DNA of 63,258 bases, filler included, from Bigelowiella natans CCMP2755 (Eukaryota > Protista > Cercozoa): NCBI GenBank assembly GCA_000320545.1. It is 9 parts of 9 records of this genome, joined end to end, with 100 filler letters (N's around TTAATTAATTAA, not from the genome) between each part and the next. Parts side by side here need not be neighbours in the genome. Positions count along the whole stretch, not along the records: positions 39,601 to 41,902 come from ADNK01003295.1; positions 42,003 to 50,027 come from ADNK01000903.1; 7 more parts are not named here. The stretch is one strand, 5' to 3'. Numbering within the stretch: the first letter of the stretch is position 1; each line of letters opens with the position of its first letter. This document shows, piece after piece, positions 41,423 through 49,916 of the stretch. A model generated the notes under the pieces. The model did no database searches. It was not told where the DNA came from and saw nothing but the letters and a program-made list of their open reading frames with translations. Made by a program: the position numbers and the translations under genes.

Positions 41423-41720
41423 ACCCCAAAGGTCTCTCATCGTAGCAAGAGAACAGAGGAAGAGCCTCCGCTATAACCCCTCCAGTTACGAATGAGAGAC
41501 GATGACGATTCGTCCCATTAGCTGCAATCGTATGCTCTCTTCTGGATTTACCATCTTCTCGATGAAGATGCGGCTGCTGCTGCTGATGATGATGATGATG
41601 AGTATTGCTCTTTTCCGCTCTTTTGGTGGGAATGCTCTTATAGCTGGGGGCTGCCGTGATATGGTTGCCGTATTCGAAGTCGAGACCAAACACCTGGAAA
41701 TGCCACCCCACGCGCGCATG
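39790..41720 (-). CDS. Hypothetical spliced protein, probably membrane-associated, partial
   Basis: Exon-like segments VFGLDFEYGNHITAAPSYK, LPLVYAGMIFVLIRYITH; no family recognised. Confidence 0.3.
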
Positions 41721-41804
41721 TGCACACGCTCAGAAAAAGATACGATCGCCAACAAAATGCTTTATGATGCAGAAAACAAAACAAAAGCATGTGCGTGTGT
41801 AATT

Positions 41805-41872
<68 letters not shown>

Positions 41873-41902
41873 AACAATAAGTAAAGACGTTACAACTACA
41901 TA

Positions 41903-42002
41903 NNNNNNNNNNNNNNNNNNNNNNNNNNNNNNNNNNNNNNNNNNNNTTAATTAATTAANNNNNNNNNNNNNNNNNNNNNNNNNNNNNNNNNNNNNNNNNN
42001 NN
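41903..42002. other. Assembly spacer; left edge of viral contig
   Basis: Same N/linker structure. Confidence 0.98.
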
Positions 42003-42017
42003 AAATAATTATCTAAA
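42003..42017 (+). promoter_or_regulatory. TCTA late-promoter-like motif
   Basis: AAATAATTATCTAAA; TCTA ends 13 nt before ATG 42029. Confidence 0.7.
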
Positions 42018-42028
42018 CATATATATAT

Positions 42029-42991
42029 ATGAAAAAAAATAATGCTATGATAAAAGGACACGACGAGAAAAGACGAATCCCCTTCTTTGATAACACACGA
42101 AGATTCATCTTACAGAGGGCAAAGCAGTCTATTGATTATAATAAGAAGAAAATGAATGAATATATAAATGGTAAATCACTACCCAACATTCTTCCTCCGG
42201 ATACACCAACAGGAGCATTCAACAGATTACACATCCAATCTCTCCATTCGGCGATGCCTATTGATAGCAATAGTGCTTATGCTACTACTAAAAGCGGTTC
42301 AGGTAGGTACTACAACAACATTTTCAAAAATATGCTTGAAAATAAGAGGCAGTTTTTTGCTGAAAGGGATGCTCTTAAACAGGGTTTATCTGTGGTGAAA
42401 GAAGATGAAGAGAAACCTGCTACTGAAAAGGAAAGCATCTTCAAAGGCGAGAGTGTTTATGTAAAGATGCTTAACCAAGTCGTTGATTTATTTGAGGAAG
42501 GTGATTATAGTGAGATAAAATTAACCTACTTACGAAATGCTTATTCCCAATTAAAAAAGGAATACAACACGATTAAAAAAGATGATGTTGTTAAATATGC
42601 TAAATTTATCGCATCAGTGATGAAGTATCATTTTGAAGGAAACAAAACATTCACTCGTAATATTGGGGGCAAACAACTTAGAGTGACTGCTAAGAGTTTT
42701 TCTAAATCAAAGTTAATGGTCTTCTTCAAGATATTAAACCTAAGTGTCATCATATTAGGCAATAAAAATAAGTCTGACGAGGAACTGAAAATCGTCATTG
42801 AAGGAAGTAGCAAGATGTTGAATGCCCCTAAAACCCCACAGGCAGGAAGAGACCTTTTCAATGATTTAAAGAGCAAGTACAATGTAAGCATTCCTACAAT
42901 AGACTTGACAAATACAATAGAAGCAAGTTTAGGAGCAGAGGTAAATAAATCTGTTAGAGATAAGAAATTGATAGTGTTGCGAAAGAATTAA
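42029..42991 (+). CDS. Viral hypothetical protein, Lys-rich; probably N-terminal part of a frameshifted gene continuing to 43706
   Basis: 320-aa ORF preceded by TTATCTAA motif. Confidence 0.7.
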   Translation: MKKNNAMIKGHDEKRRIPFFDNTRRFILQRAKQSIDYNKKKMNEYINGKSLPNILPPDTPTGAFNRLHIQSLHSAMPIDSNSAYATTKSGSGRYYNNIFKNMLENKRQFFAERDALKQGLSVVKEDEEKPATEKESIFKGESVYVKMLNQVVDLFEEGDYSEIKLTYLRNAYSQLKKEYNTIKKDDVVKYAKFIASVMKYHFEGNKTFTRNIGGKQLRVTAKSFSKSKLMVFFKILNLSVIILGNKNKSDEELKIVIEGSSKMLNAPKTPQAGRDLFNDLKSKYNVSIPTIDLTNTIEASLGAEVNKSVRDKKLIVLRKN

Positions 42992-43022
42992 GGTCAGTGC
43001 TACAGTAATAGGCAAGAGATAA

Positions 43023-43706
43023 AAAAATGTAGATGCTTACCAACAAGCAATTGATTCAGCATTTACTGGTAGCAATGACTTAGATGAAGTGAAGTCAGAT
43101 GTAAGAAAGGATTTATTAGACAAAAACAAACATAAACTTGACAAGATTCCTAAAAATACTATGATTAAGGTCTTCAACAAGAATGTAAGAGTAGGGGCAT
43201 TCATCAACAACCTTCGTGCTTCCTTAAAGAAAACCGACACAGAAAGAGATACTAAAAATAAAGTAAGTCTTATTCTTAACGATGTTGAAAGTAAAAAAAA
43301 TAATGGTAATTTAACTCTAAAATATATGAAGCAAGTTCAAAAGGAGATAAATAAGAATTTTAACAGTTTGAACCTCAAAGACAAATTCACTTATGATGGT
43401 AAAAGAATTGATAAAAATGGTGTCAAAAAGGTGATACAAGCAGAGGTTGATTCCTTTGGAAAAAAGGAAAGGAAGCAAAGAAATACGATTGAAAGCAATC
43501 TGCTAAAGGTTGAAAAGGCATATAGCGACGATGACTCGGTTTTACCTGAAGCGAAAACTGCTATAAATCTACTTAAGAAGAAGAAGCAGAATGAAAAGTA
43601 TAGATTTTTTAACGAGGTATTAACAGCATCACAACTCATCAAAGTATTACAAGAATTAGTTGATTACGAAGAAGATTTAGATGCTATCAGTGAACCTGAT
43701 GATTAA
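43023..43706 (+). CDS. Viral hypothetical helical protein; likely C-terminal part of the previous gene
   Basis: Frame open from 43023; ORF-track start is GTG (43089), no TCTA motif upstream. Confidence 0.6.
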   Translation, partial: KNVDAYQQAIDSAFTGSNDLDEVKSDVRKDLLDKNKHKLDKIPKNTMIKVFNKNVRVGAFINNLRASLKKTDTERDTKNKVSLILNDVESKKNNGNLTLKYMKQVQKEINKNFNSLNLKDKFTYDGKRIDKNGVKKVIQAEVDSFGKKERKQRNTIESNLLKVEKAYSDDDSVLPEAKTAINLLKKKKQNEKYRFFNEVLTASQLIKVLQELVDYEEDLDAISEPDD

Positions 43707-43716
43707 TATTTACTAT

Positions 43717-43733
43717 AAAAAATAATATCTAAT
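43717..43733 (+). promoter_or_regulatory. TCTA late-promoter-like motif (ATPase)
   Basis: AAAAAATAATATCTAAT; TCTA ends 17 nt before ATG 43749. Confidence 0.7.
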
Positions 43734-43748
43734 TTTTAATAATAAACT

Positions 43749-44609
43749 ATGCCTTATTTATTATTAAAAAAACTAAATAGAATTGATGAAAATGAGAATA
43801 AGAACCTGAAACCTATAGCGATTGTTAAGAGTGAGAAGAAGGACAAAGACCCCTTACACAATGCTTTTTTATACTTAGATATGGATGATAAACCGAATTC
43901 AAAGAAGAAGACAAAGATTGAGTTGGATTTCCATCAAAAATTTGAGATACTACCGAACACAAATTCAGACAAGAGGGATGTGATGTATATTGCTGGTGCC
44001 AGTGGGTCAGGTAAAAGTTATATTACGAAGCAAGTGGTGAACAATTATGCGAAATTGTATCCAAAACGAAAAATATTCATAGTCTCTCGTTTAGACGAAG
44101 ACGAGACATTAGATTGTATCAGAAGTAAAAATATTATAAAATTAGACATACCATCTTTAGTAGAGACACCATTTGATGTCAACAATCCATTATTTTATAA
44201 AAGTTGTTTTGTCTTGGATGATGTCGATGACCTTCCTGATAAACACCAACAAAAAGCAGTTCAGGATATGCTAAATGCTATTGCTATTATGGGTCGCCTC
44301 CACAAAAAGAAAAAAGATGAGGAAGGTAAAGAAACCGGTCAGGGTGGAATAAGTTTATTCTTTTTGACCCACTATATATCAAATTTTAGTAAAACTCGTA
44401 TCATTTTGAATGAGAGTACACATTATGTGCTATATCCACAAAGCACAGCAACCAACCAATTATATTATATTTTAAGTAAATACATCGGTTTAGAACGGAA
44501 AGATATATTAAATTTGAAGAAGATGGGAAGCAGATGGTGTTGTATTCACAAGAACTATCCCCAATACATCGTAGGGCAATATAGTGCGAAAATACTACAC
44601 ACAGATTAA
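43749..44609 (+). CDS. FtsK/HerA (A32-like) DNA packaging ATPase, virophage type
   Basis: Walker A YIAGASGSGKS, Walker B CFVLDDVD, arginine finger GR(L)H, LTH..TRIILNE..YP, C-terminal YILSKYIGL..KKMGSRW..IHKNYP pattern typical of virophage ATPases. Confidence 0.92.
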   Translation: MPYLLLKKLNRIDENENKNLKPIAIVKSEKKDKDPLHNAFLYLDMDDKPNSKKKTKIELDFHQKFEILPNTNSDKRDVMYIAGASGSGKSYITKQVVNNYAKLYPKRKIFIVSRLDEDETLDCIRSKNIIKLDIPSLVETPFDVNNPLFYKSCFVLDDVDDLPDKHQQKAVQDMLNAIAIMGRLHKKKKDEEGKETGQGGISLFFLTHYISNFSKTRIILNESTHYVLYPQSTATNQLYYILSKYIGLERKDILNLKKMGSRWCCIHKNYPQYIVGQYSAKILHTD

Positions 44610-44626
44610 AAAAATAATTATCTAAC
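44610..44626 (+). promoter_or_regulatory. TCTA late-promoter-like motif (2-TM gene)
   Basis: AAAAATAATTATCTAAC; TCTA ends 14 nt before ATG 44639. Confidence 0.7.
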
Positions 44627-44638
44627 TCTATTGTATAT

Positions 44639-44956
44639 ATGGATAATAAAGAACTGGTCTTGGATGTAAAACAACACTCTGAAGAGTTCAAAAAGCGATT
44701 GGAGCAGGAGATACTACACAAAATGGAAGTGGAGGATGCGAAATTAGAGAACACATATCAATCTTGCTGTATGACCAGCGATAAACGAGCATTAGAGTTC
44801 TTCTTAAAGAGCGGAGTCATATTTAGTGTGCTTGTATTTAGTATGTTACAAGTTATCACAGTTAATAATTCGTCCGAGAGGAATGCTTTTTTAAATATAG
44901 TAATATTAATACTGGGCACATTCTTGCCGTCGCCAAAGATTAAGGATAATAAATAA
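44639..44956 (+). CDS. Small 2-TM viral membrane protein
   Basis: Two hydrophobic helices (FFLKSGVIFSVLVFSMLQVI; AFLNIVILILGTFLPSP); own TCTA motif. Confidence 0.75.
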   Translation: MDNKELVLDVKQHSEEFKKRLEQEILHKMEVEDAKLENTYQSCCMTSDKRALEFFLKSGVIFSVLVFSMLQVITVNNSSERNAFLNIVILILGTFLPSPKIKDNK

Positions 44957-44968
44957 ATATATTTTCTC

Positions 44969-45388
44969 CTAATATTGATATTCAACCCCTTCAACTAAGG
45001 TTACTATAGGAATACAGACATTCTTTATATAACACCCTCTGTGTTTGAGATAAGTGGTTTTTATTTTGAATGTATCAAATACTTCTTTATCGTATTGGAT
45101 ATATTTGATTTTATCTGTGAACTTGAAGAAGAAATAAATGGTTTTGCTCGTATCTATATTTTGTATCTTCTCAATATTGATGTAGGTGGTATCGTATTTA
45201 TCGCTCCTTATTTTTCTTCCTTTTACTTCTACCAGTATCTTTTTGAGTGTATCTTCAAAGTCAAACTTAGAATACCTGCTCTTTGCTATCAATTTTACTT
45301 TTAAGAGGTTTTCTATCAGCGGTTTCATCTCTAGTTCGGTCTTATGACCTGCTATGTACTCCTCATTGCTACAGATGTTTTTATACAT
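44969..45388 (-). CDS. PD-(D/E)xK (restriction-like) endonuclease
   Basis: G..tE helix, SKFDF, ILVEVKGR motifs in a 139-aa ORF. Confidence 0.75.
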   Translation of the reverse strand: MYKNICSNEEYIAGHKTELEMKPLIENLLKVKLIAKSRYSKFDFEDTLKKILVEVKGRKIRSDKYDTTYINIEKIQNIDTSKTIYFFFKFTDKIKYIQYDKEVFDTFKIKTTYLKHRGCYIKNVCIPIVTLVEGVEYQY

Positions 45389-45406
45389 ATTAAAAATAAT
45401 TTATAT

Positions 45407-45422
45407 AATATTTTATTCTAAA
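45407..45422 (+). promoter_or_regulatory. TCTA late-promoter-like motif (NTase)
   Basis: AATATTTTATTCTAAA; TCTA ends 12 nt before ATG 45433. Confidence 0.6.
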
Positions 45423-45432
45423 CGAATATAAT

Positions 45433-46579
45433 ATGACAAAAGATAAAATACCTTTGTTAGGCAACCTACTACTGCGGAAAGGGTTTTACAGCAAAGAGAT
45501 ACAGGATATACTACACCTGGTCGCTTTCAATAAGAAGAATGTGGAGGTGTTAGGTAGTTTTCAATTGCGGAGTCAGTTCTATTTCAGTGATATTGACCTC
45601 TTTGAAAGCAATGTAAGAATACCAATCAACAGAATAGCAGATGGGTTCAAAAAGAAAATAAAGAAGATGCTGAACGACGATAAATACTACATCGGTGATA
45701 TAAAATGCGGAGTAGCGGAACATTTGAGGGTAATAAATGATAATATATATATCCACAACAATAAGGTATATAATTACAACCGAAAGGAGATATTGGAGAG
45801 ATTACACAAACTGAGAAAGCACCTACCTGACTACAAGAAACTAAAAAGACTAATTATCACCAATCCTAATGAGGAGCAGATCAATAAAATAAAACAAATA
45901 TTCAGGTTTCATATCGTCAGGTGGACTCCAAGAGAGATATTACAAGGTTATAAGACTTTGATAGATGATAGTAAATACAAATTAGTAGAGGGAATGAAAT
46001 CTCCTGCTCTATTCAAGTTGGATTTTTACAAGTATATGAATAATAATAATTTTTTAGAGTTTAGTATCATTTATGATTTACGGAATAGCAAAGGGCAGAA
46101 ACTAAACAATATTCCATACGATACGAAGCTAACACTACTTAACGACATCCACAAATACACAACAGAGGGTCAATATTTTAAGGTTTTGAAAAGGAGGTTT
46201 TCTTTATTACGATACGAGTATGTTTTTGAGAAGAAGAAGAGTAATAAGTCTAAGTTAATCGTTCTCTCAAAGATATTGAATAGCAATTTGGGAAATTTAT
46301 ATCAAGGTCAAAGCACTTATAGACAATCTACTCTTCTTAATAGAGAACTTGGATGATTTAAAGAAGGATAGAATAAACAAATCTATTGACGATATCATAG
46401 ATAAATTATCCTTTGTAAGCTTAAGCAAGTTTGTGAGAGAGGAAGATGATATTATAGATGATTTAAAAATGATGCTAAAGGGTAAGTCTATCGGTGATAT
46501 GAGTGGAAACCTGGAGGATATTTATAATACCATAGGAGATATTATAAATAAAGAAAGTTATAAGTATATTAAAATATAA
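45433..46579 (+). CDS. Pol-beta-superfamily nucleotidyltransferase-like protein, split by a frameshift near 46306 (ORFs 45433-46356 and 46349-46579)
   Basis: VLGSFQLRSQFYFSDIDLF = hGS-x10-DhD; candidate third acid in FKLDFY; removing one G in CAAGGTC gives continuous LYQVKALIDNLLFLIENLDDLKK.. Confidence 0.75.
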
Positions 46580-46580
46580 A

Positions 46581-46613
46581 TTCAACCCTTTTGAGAGTCT
46601 TGAAGGTGTTGAA
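46581..46613 (+). terminator. Hairpin between convergent viral genes (candidate 3'-end/polyadenylation signal)
   Basis: TTCAACCCTTTTGAGA-G-TCTTGAAGGTGTTGAA folds into a ~14-bp stem with G-U pairs, immediately after stop 46579 and 20 nt from stop 46633. Confidence 0.6.
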
Positions 46614-46632
46614 ATTGAAATTCACAACAAAT

Positions 46633-49600
46633 TTAAAAAAATGGTCGCATATTATCACTCACACCTGGTATGTTAAGAATAGGCATATTAGTGACATAAT
46701 TTTTGGTCAGTGGAACCCCATTAGCATACAAATTACCATCTTCTCCTGGGGTCAATCCAGCATTCGCTTCTAATGCCCTAACTCTGTTTTTTAGTTTGGA
46801 AATCTCATCTAATACATCTATATCATTCACTCTAAATTTCGCATCTTTGACGGAAAAGTTTAGGTTCGTTCCATCCCACTTTACATTTGCTTTCTCTTCT
46901 GTTCCAACACTGAAACTAATCCAATTATTTTGATGTGCTTGGATATTTAAAGCACTACTAATAGGTGGTTCATCAAAATCATTCTTTATTTTGAGAATTC
47001 CCTCCACTGCTAAACTTCCGTTCTGTATTGAATGTGTCCCTGTGGTCACGAATGCTGGTTGATTGTTTGTATTGATGTGAAATATGTTATTATCATCTCT
47101 TTTCAAGACTATATTCTCTATTTTTAATGACCCATTATTAATAATAACTTGTGTGTCTTGTAAATGGTTGGTTGTAGCTCCGTAAAAGTAATGTAAACTT
47201 CCAAAATGATTTATCGTGTCTCCAATATCTCCGTATTCTGTCTTTGTATTGTTTTTTTGAATGGAATTACCTATTTTTACATTGTTCATATGTGTATCAC
47301 CTGTAAAGTGAATACCATCACTATTTGATAAAATACGATTCGTATAATCGGTACCTGGTTGGTGAACAAAATCAATGTAGCAGGTGCTAGAAACCATTTC
47401 TATTGAAGAAGCATTATTAATGTCTTTTCCTAAATAAATACCATCACTTTGTGGTTGAGTGGTGCTTCTTAAACCATTCACAAAAATTGAACTTGAAAAC
47501 TGATGTTCATTAGGGTTAGATGATAAAGTTATTGGATTTAATTTCGTTTCTAGCACAGACACTTGTGTCATAAGTTCGGTTGTTTTTGTTCCCATATCTA
47601 CAATCTTCTTTTCGTATCCAAATAATTCTAACTCGTTGATGGACCAGTAATTAAATTGCTCTATCTTTTTAACAATCCAACGATAGTGTTTGTAGAAATT
47701 GGTCGTTTGAATGGTTTTATCAATATAAACCCTACCATTCACTGATGTACCCTGAACTGTAGTTGTTTGAATTGTATTTATGGTTGATAATGGAACTTTG
47801 CTTTTAAAATCGGTAATGCTAGTAGTTATTGGGAAATGAACGAATGTATCGCCTACTATCCTTTCGGTGGTAAAAGTATAATCCTGGATGTGTTCCCAAG
47901 TTGAATTGTTGTTAGAACCAATCAATACAATTTCCTGTGGTTGACTACTAAAGTCATTCAATTGATTAAATAATATCCACCTGGATATTTGAACTGGTAG
48001 GGTAAAATTCGCTTGGAAATATTCACCGCTTTCTGTAATACTCGTTCCATTTTTTGTGTAAATTGTTGAGGTGCTACCTATGTAATCATCGCCTGAATTT
48101 TGATAAACATCTGTTCCAAAAGCACTATTAGGGTCAGGTTGCCTTACAATAAGTCGTTCAAATACATCAACATTTTTATTATATAGTATATCAGGAGTGG
48201 AAGGAACATTATTTTGGGTTAAATCCACATAATTACTCAATTCTGCGGTGTATGGTAAATTCTCTAGCAATCCAACCACATTTTTCAGGGTCAGTTTATC
48301 TAATGTAGCATCATTCGCGGTGATTACCAATCCATTCGTAGCATCATTTGTTATTTTGTTTGACAGATTATAATCGCTTAATGTGGTGAGTTTCTTTTCA
48401 AATTTAGATTTGGTGCTGAAGGTTAATCCATTTATGCTATCGCTTGTAATCCCACTTATCGTTCCAGATGATGTGGAAGGATTAAATATGCTTCCATTCA
48501 GGTAGAGGTTGGTGAATTTACCATCTACTCCTTCAATCTCTTTTGCTTTTATCTTGGTATCACTTGCTGATGAGAGAATGATAGTTGATGGTAGGGAGTT
48601 TTTATTTATCTGTATGGTTTCATCGTTTAAGGTGTAGGATATGGAAGGACTTTGAGTTGTTGTGAATTCAAGAGCTTTAATATTTTCTATGGTGTTGTGA
48701 TTCAAACTAAGATTCCTATTCATATGAACACTTTTGGTATCAACAAATAATGGGGCAGAATTGTTTGTATCGCTAATGAGGTTGTCAGCATTCGCTGTCG
48801 TTGTATTGTTGGTGGTGGTTGTCAGGTTATTCAAATCAAACGATTTATATGTTCCGTCAGTCTGCTTTTGCGATATAGTTTCAACATTTATGCTCTTGGT
48901 TGTGAGATTATTGGTGTTAATTATATTATCACTCTGTAATTTTTTAGAGATGACATCCCCATTTGTTTTTAATTGGATATTCGTAGTACCTGTTGTTGAA
49001 CCTGTTGGTAATTCATTCACAAGGAAGTCCTTGTTAGTGATATTGATGTTCGTAGGATTGATAGTGAAATGGTCTATTTTCGTGCCTATATTATTAATAT
49101 TGGTTGTATTGCTACCAATATTGGTTGTATTATTGCTTATATTAGTGGTATTGTTGGTAATATTAGTTGTGTTTGTTGCTACATCAGTTTTGATGGTGTT
49201 TATCCCACTTTCATTCGTAGCTATTCGGTTGGTATTGGAAGTGATATTGCTTGTATTGGTGTTTGTTCTTGTGGTATTGGACTGAATAGAAACATTATGT
49301 CCGTTTATTGAACTCTCGTTGTTAATAATCCTATTGGTATTCTGTGTTATTCTATTAGAGTTACTTATGATATCATTATCATTGGAAATTCTTTGAACCA
49401 AGTTCTCGTTGATTTTGGTCGTGTTATTAGCAATGTTGGTGGTATTCTCACTTATCTTTGTGAGTTGGGTCGCGAGATTATTACCATCCAGGTTAATACT
49501 TGTGAAATTCGCAGTATCTCCTGTAATAGTCTTACCAGCATTCAACTGAATGTTCTTACTAAAGTCTATTCTGTCATTCGTCGTAGTTGTTATACCATCT

Positions 49601-49809
49601 ATCCCAGCTGAAATGTTGTTGTTGTTTGTTGTAAAGTTTTGATTGTTTAAGGTAAGTGAAGCAGATTTGATATTATCTTCAACTATTATGTTTTTCACCT
49701 TAATCGTATCTTGAACCTGTATTCCTTTCGCTTCTAATATTCCGTCGTTGTTTACATCCATTATCAATCTACCATCACTTAATCGTGTAAAATAATTTGC
49801 CGCACTCAT
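46633..49809 (-). CDS. Viral fibre / receptor-binding protein with trimeric coiled coil and discoidin (F5/8C)-like domain
   Basis: IxxNTxx heptads (~49460-49070); YFQANF..ISRWIL..PQEIVLIGSNNNSTW..YKHYRWIV..SINELELFG (~48025-47615); C-terminal DVLDEISKLKNRVRALE. Confidence 0.8.
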   Translation of the reverse strand: MSAANYFTRLSDGRLIMDVNNDGILEAKGIQVQDTIKVKNIIVEDNIKSASLTLNNQNFTTNNNNISAGIDGITTTTNDRIDFSKNIQLNAGKTITGDTANFTSINLDGNNLATQLTKISENTTNIANNTTKINENLVQRISNDNDIISNSNRITQNTNRIINNESSINGHNVSIQSNTTRTNTNTSNITSNTNRIATNESGINTIKTDVATNTTNITNNTTNISNNTTNIGSNTTNINNIGTKIDHFTINPTNINITNKDFLVNELPTGSTTGTTNIQLKTNGDVISKKLQSDNIINTNNLTTKSINVETISQKQTDGTYKSFDLNNLTTTTNNTTTANADNLISDTNNSAPLFVDTKSVHMNRNLSLNHNTIENIKALEFTTTQSPSISYTLNDETIQINKNSLPSTIILSSASDTKIKAKEIEGVDGKFTNLYLNGSIFNPSTSSGTISGITSDSINGLTFSTKSKFEKKLTTLSDYNLSNKITNDATNGLVITANDATLDKLTLKNVVGLLENLPYTAELSNYVDLTQNNVPSTPDILYNKNVDVFERLIVRQPDPNSAFGTDVYQNSGDDYIGSTSTIYTKNGTSITESGEYFQANFTLPVQISRWILFNQLNDFSSQPQEIVLIGSNNNSTWEHIQDYTFTTERIVGDTFVHFPITTSITDFKSKVPLSTINTIQTTTVQGTSVNGRVYIDKTIQTTNFYKHYRWIVKKIEQFNYWSINELELFGYEKKIVDMGTKTTELMTQVSVLETKLNPITLSSNPNEHQFSSSIFVNGLRSTTQPQSDGIYLGKDINNASSIEMVSSTCYIDFVHQPGTDYTNRILSNSDGIHFTGDTHMNNVKIGNSIQKNNTKTEYGDIGDTINHFGSLHYFYGATTNHLQDTQVIINNGSLKIENIVLKRDDNNIFHINTNNQPAFVTTGTHSIQNGSLAVEGILKIKNDFDEPPISSALNIQAHQNNWISFSVGTEEKANVKWDGTNLNFSVKDAKFRVNDIDVLDEISKLKNRVRALEANAGLTPGEDGNLYANGVPLTKNYVTNMPILNIPGVSDNMRPFF

Positions 49810-49826
49810 ATATATATTTAATATAG

Positions 49827-49842
49827 TTTAGATAAAAAAATA
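49827..49842 (-). promoter_or_regulatory. TCTA late-promoter-like motif (fibre)
   Basis: Minus strand TATTTTTTTATCTAAA; TCTA ends 19 nt before ATG 49809. Confidence 0.65.
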
Positions 49843-49863
49843 TTAAATATATATTTATTCCAG

Positions 49864-49916
49864 ATTTCATTTTCAACACCTTTGAGGGTCTTGAAAGGGT
49901 TGAATATCAATATTAG
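49864..49916 (-). repeat. Inverted copy of the viral hairpin element
   Basis: Reverse complement CTAATATTGATATTCAACCCTTTCAAGACCCTCAAAGGTGTTGAAAATGAAA matches 44969-44994 (25/26) and resembles 46580-46620. Confidence 0.85.

Noticed and set aside
49070-49460. 21-bp periodic repeats considered as a CRISPR-like array
   Set aside because: They are coding heptad repeats of the fibre coiled coil, with no repeat-spacer structure
48734-49611. Hydrophobic plus-strand ORFs in the viral contig
   Set aside because: Antisense shadows of the Asn/Thr-rich fibre repeats
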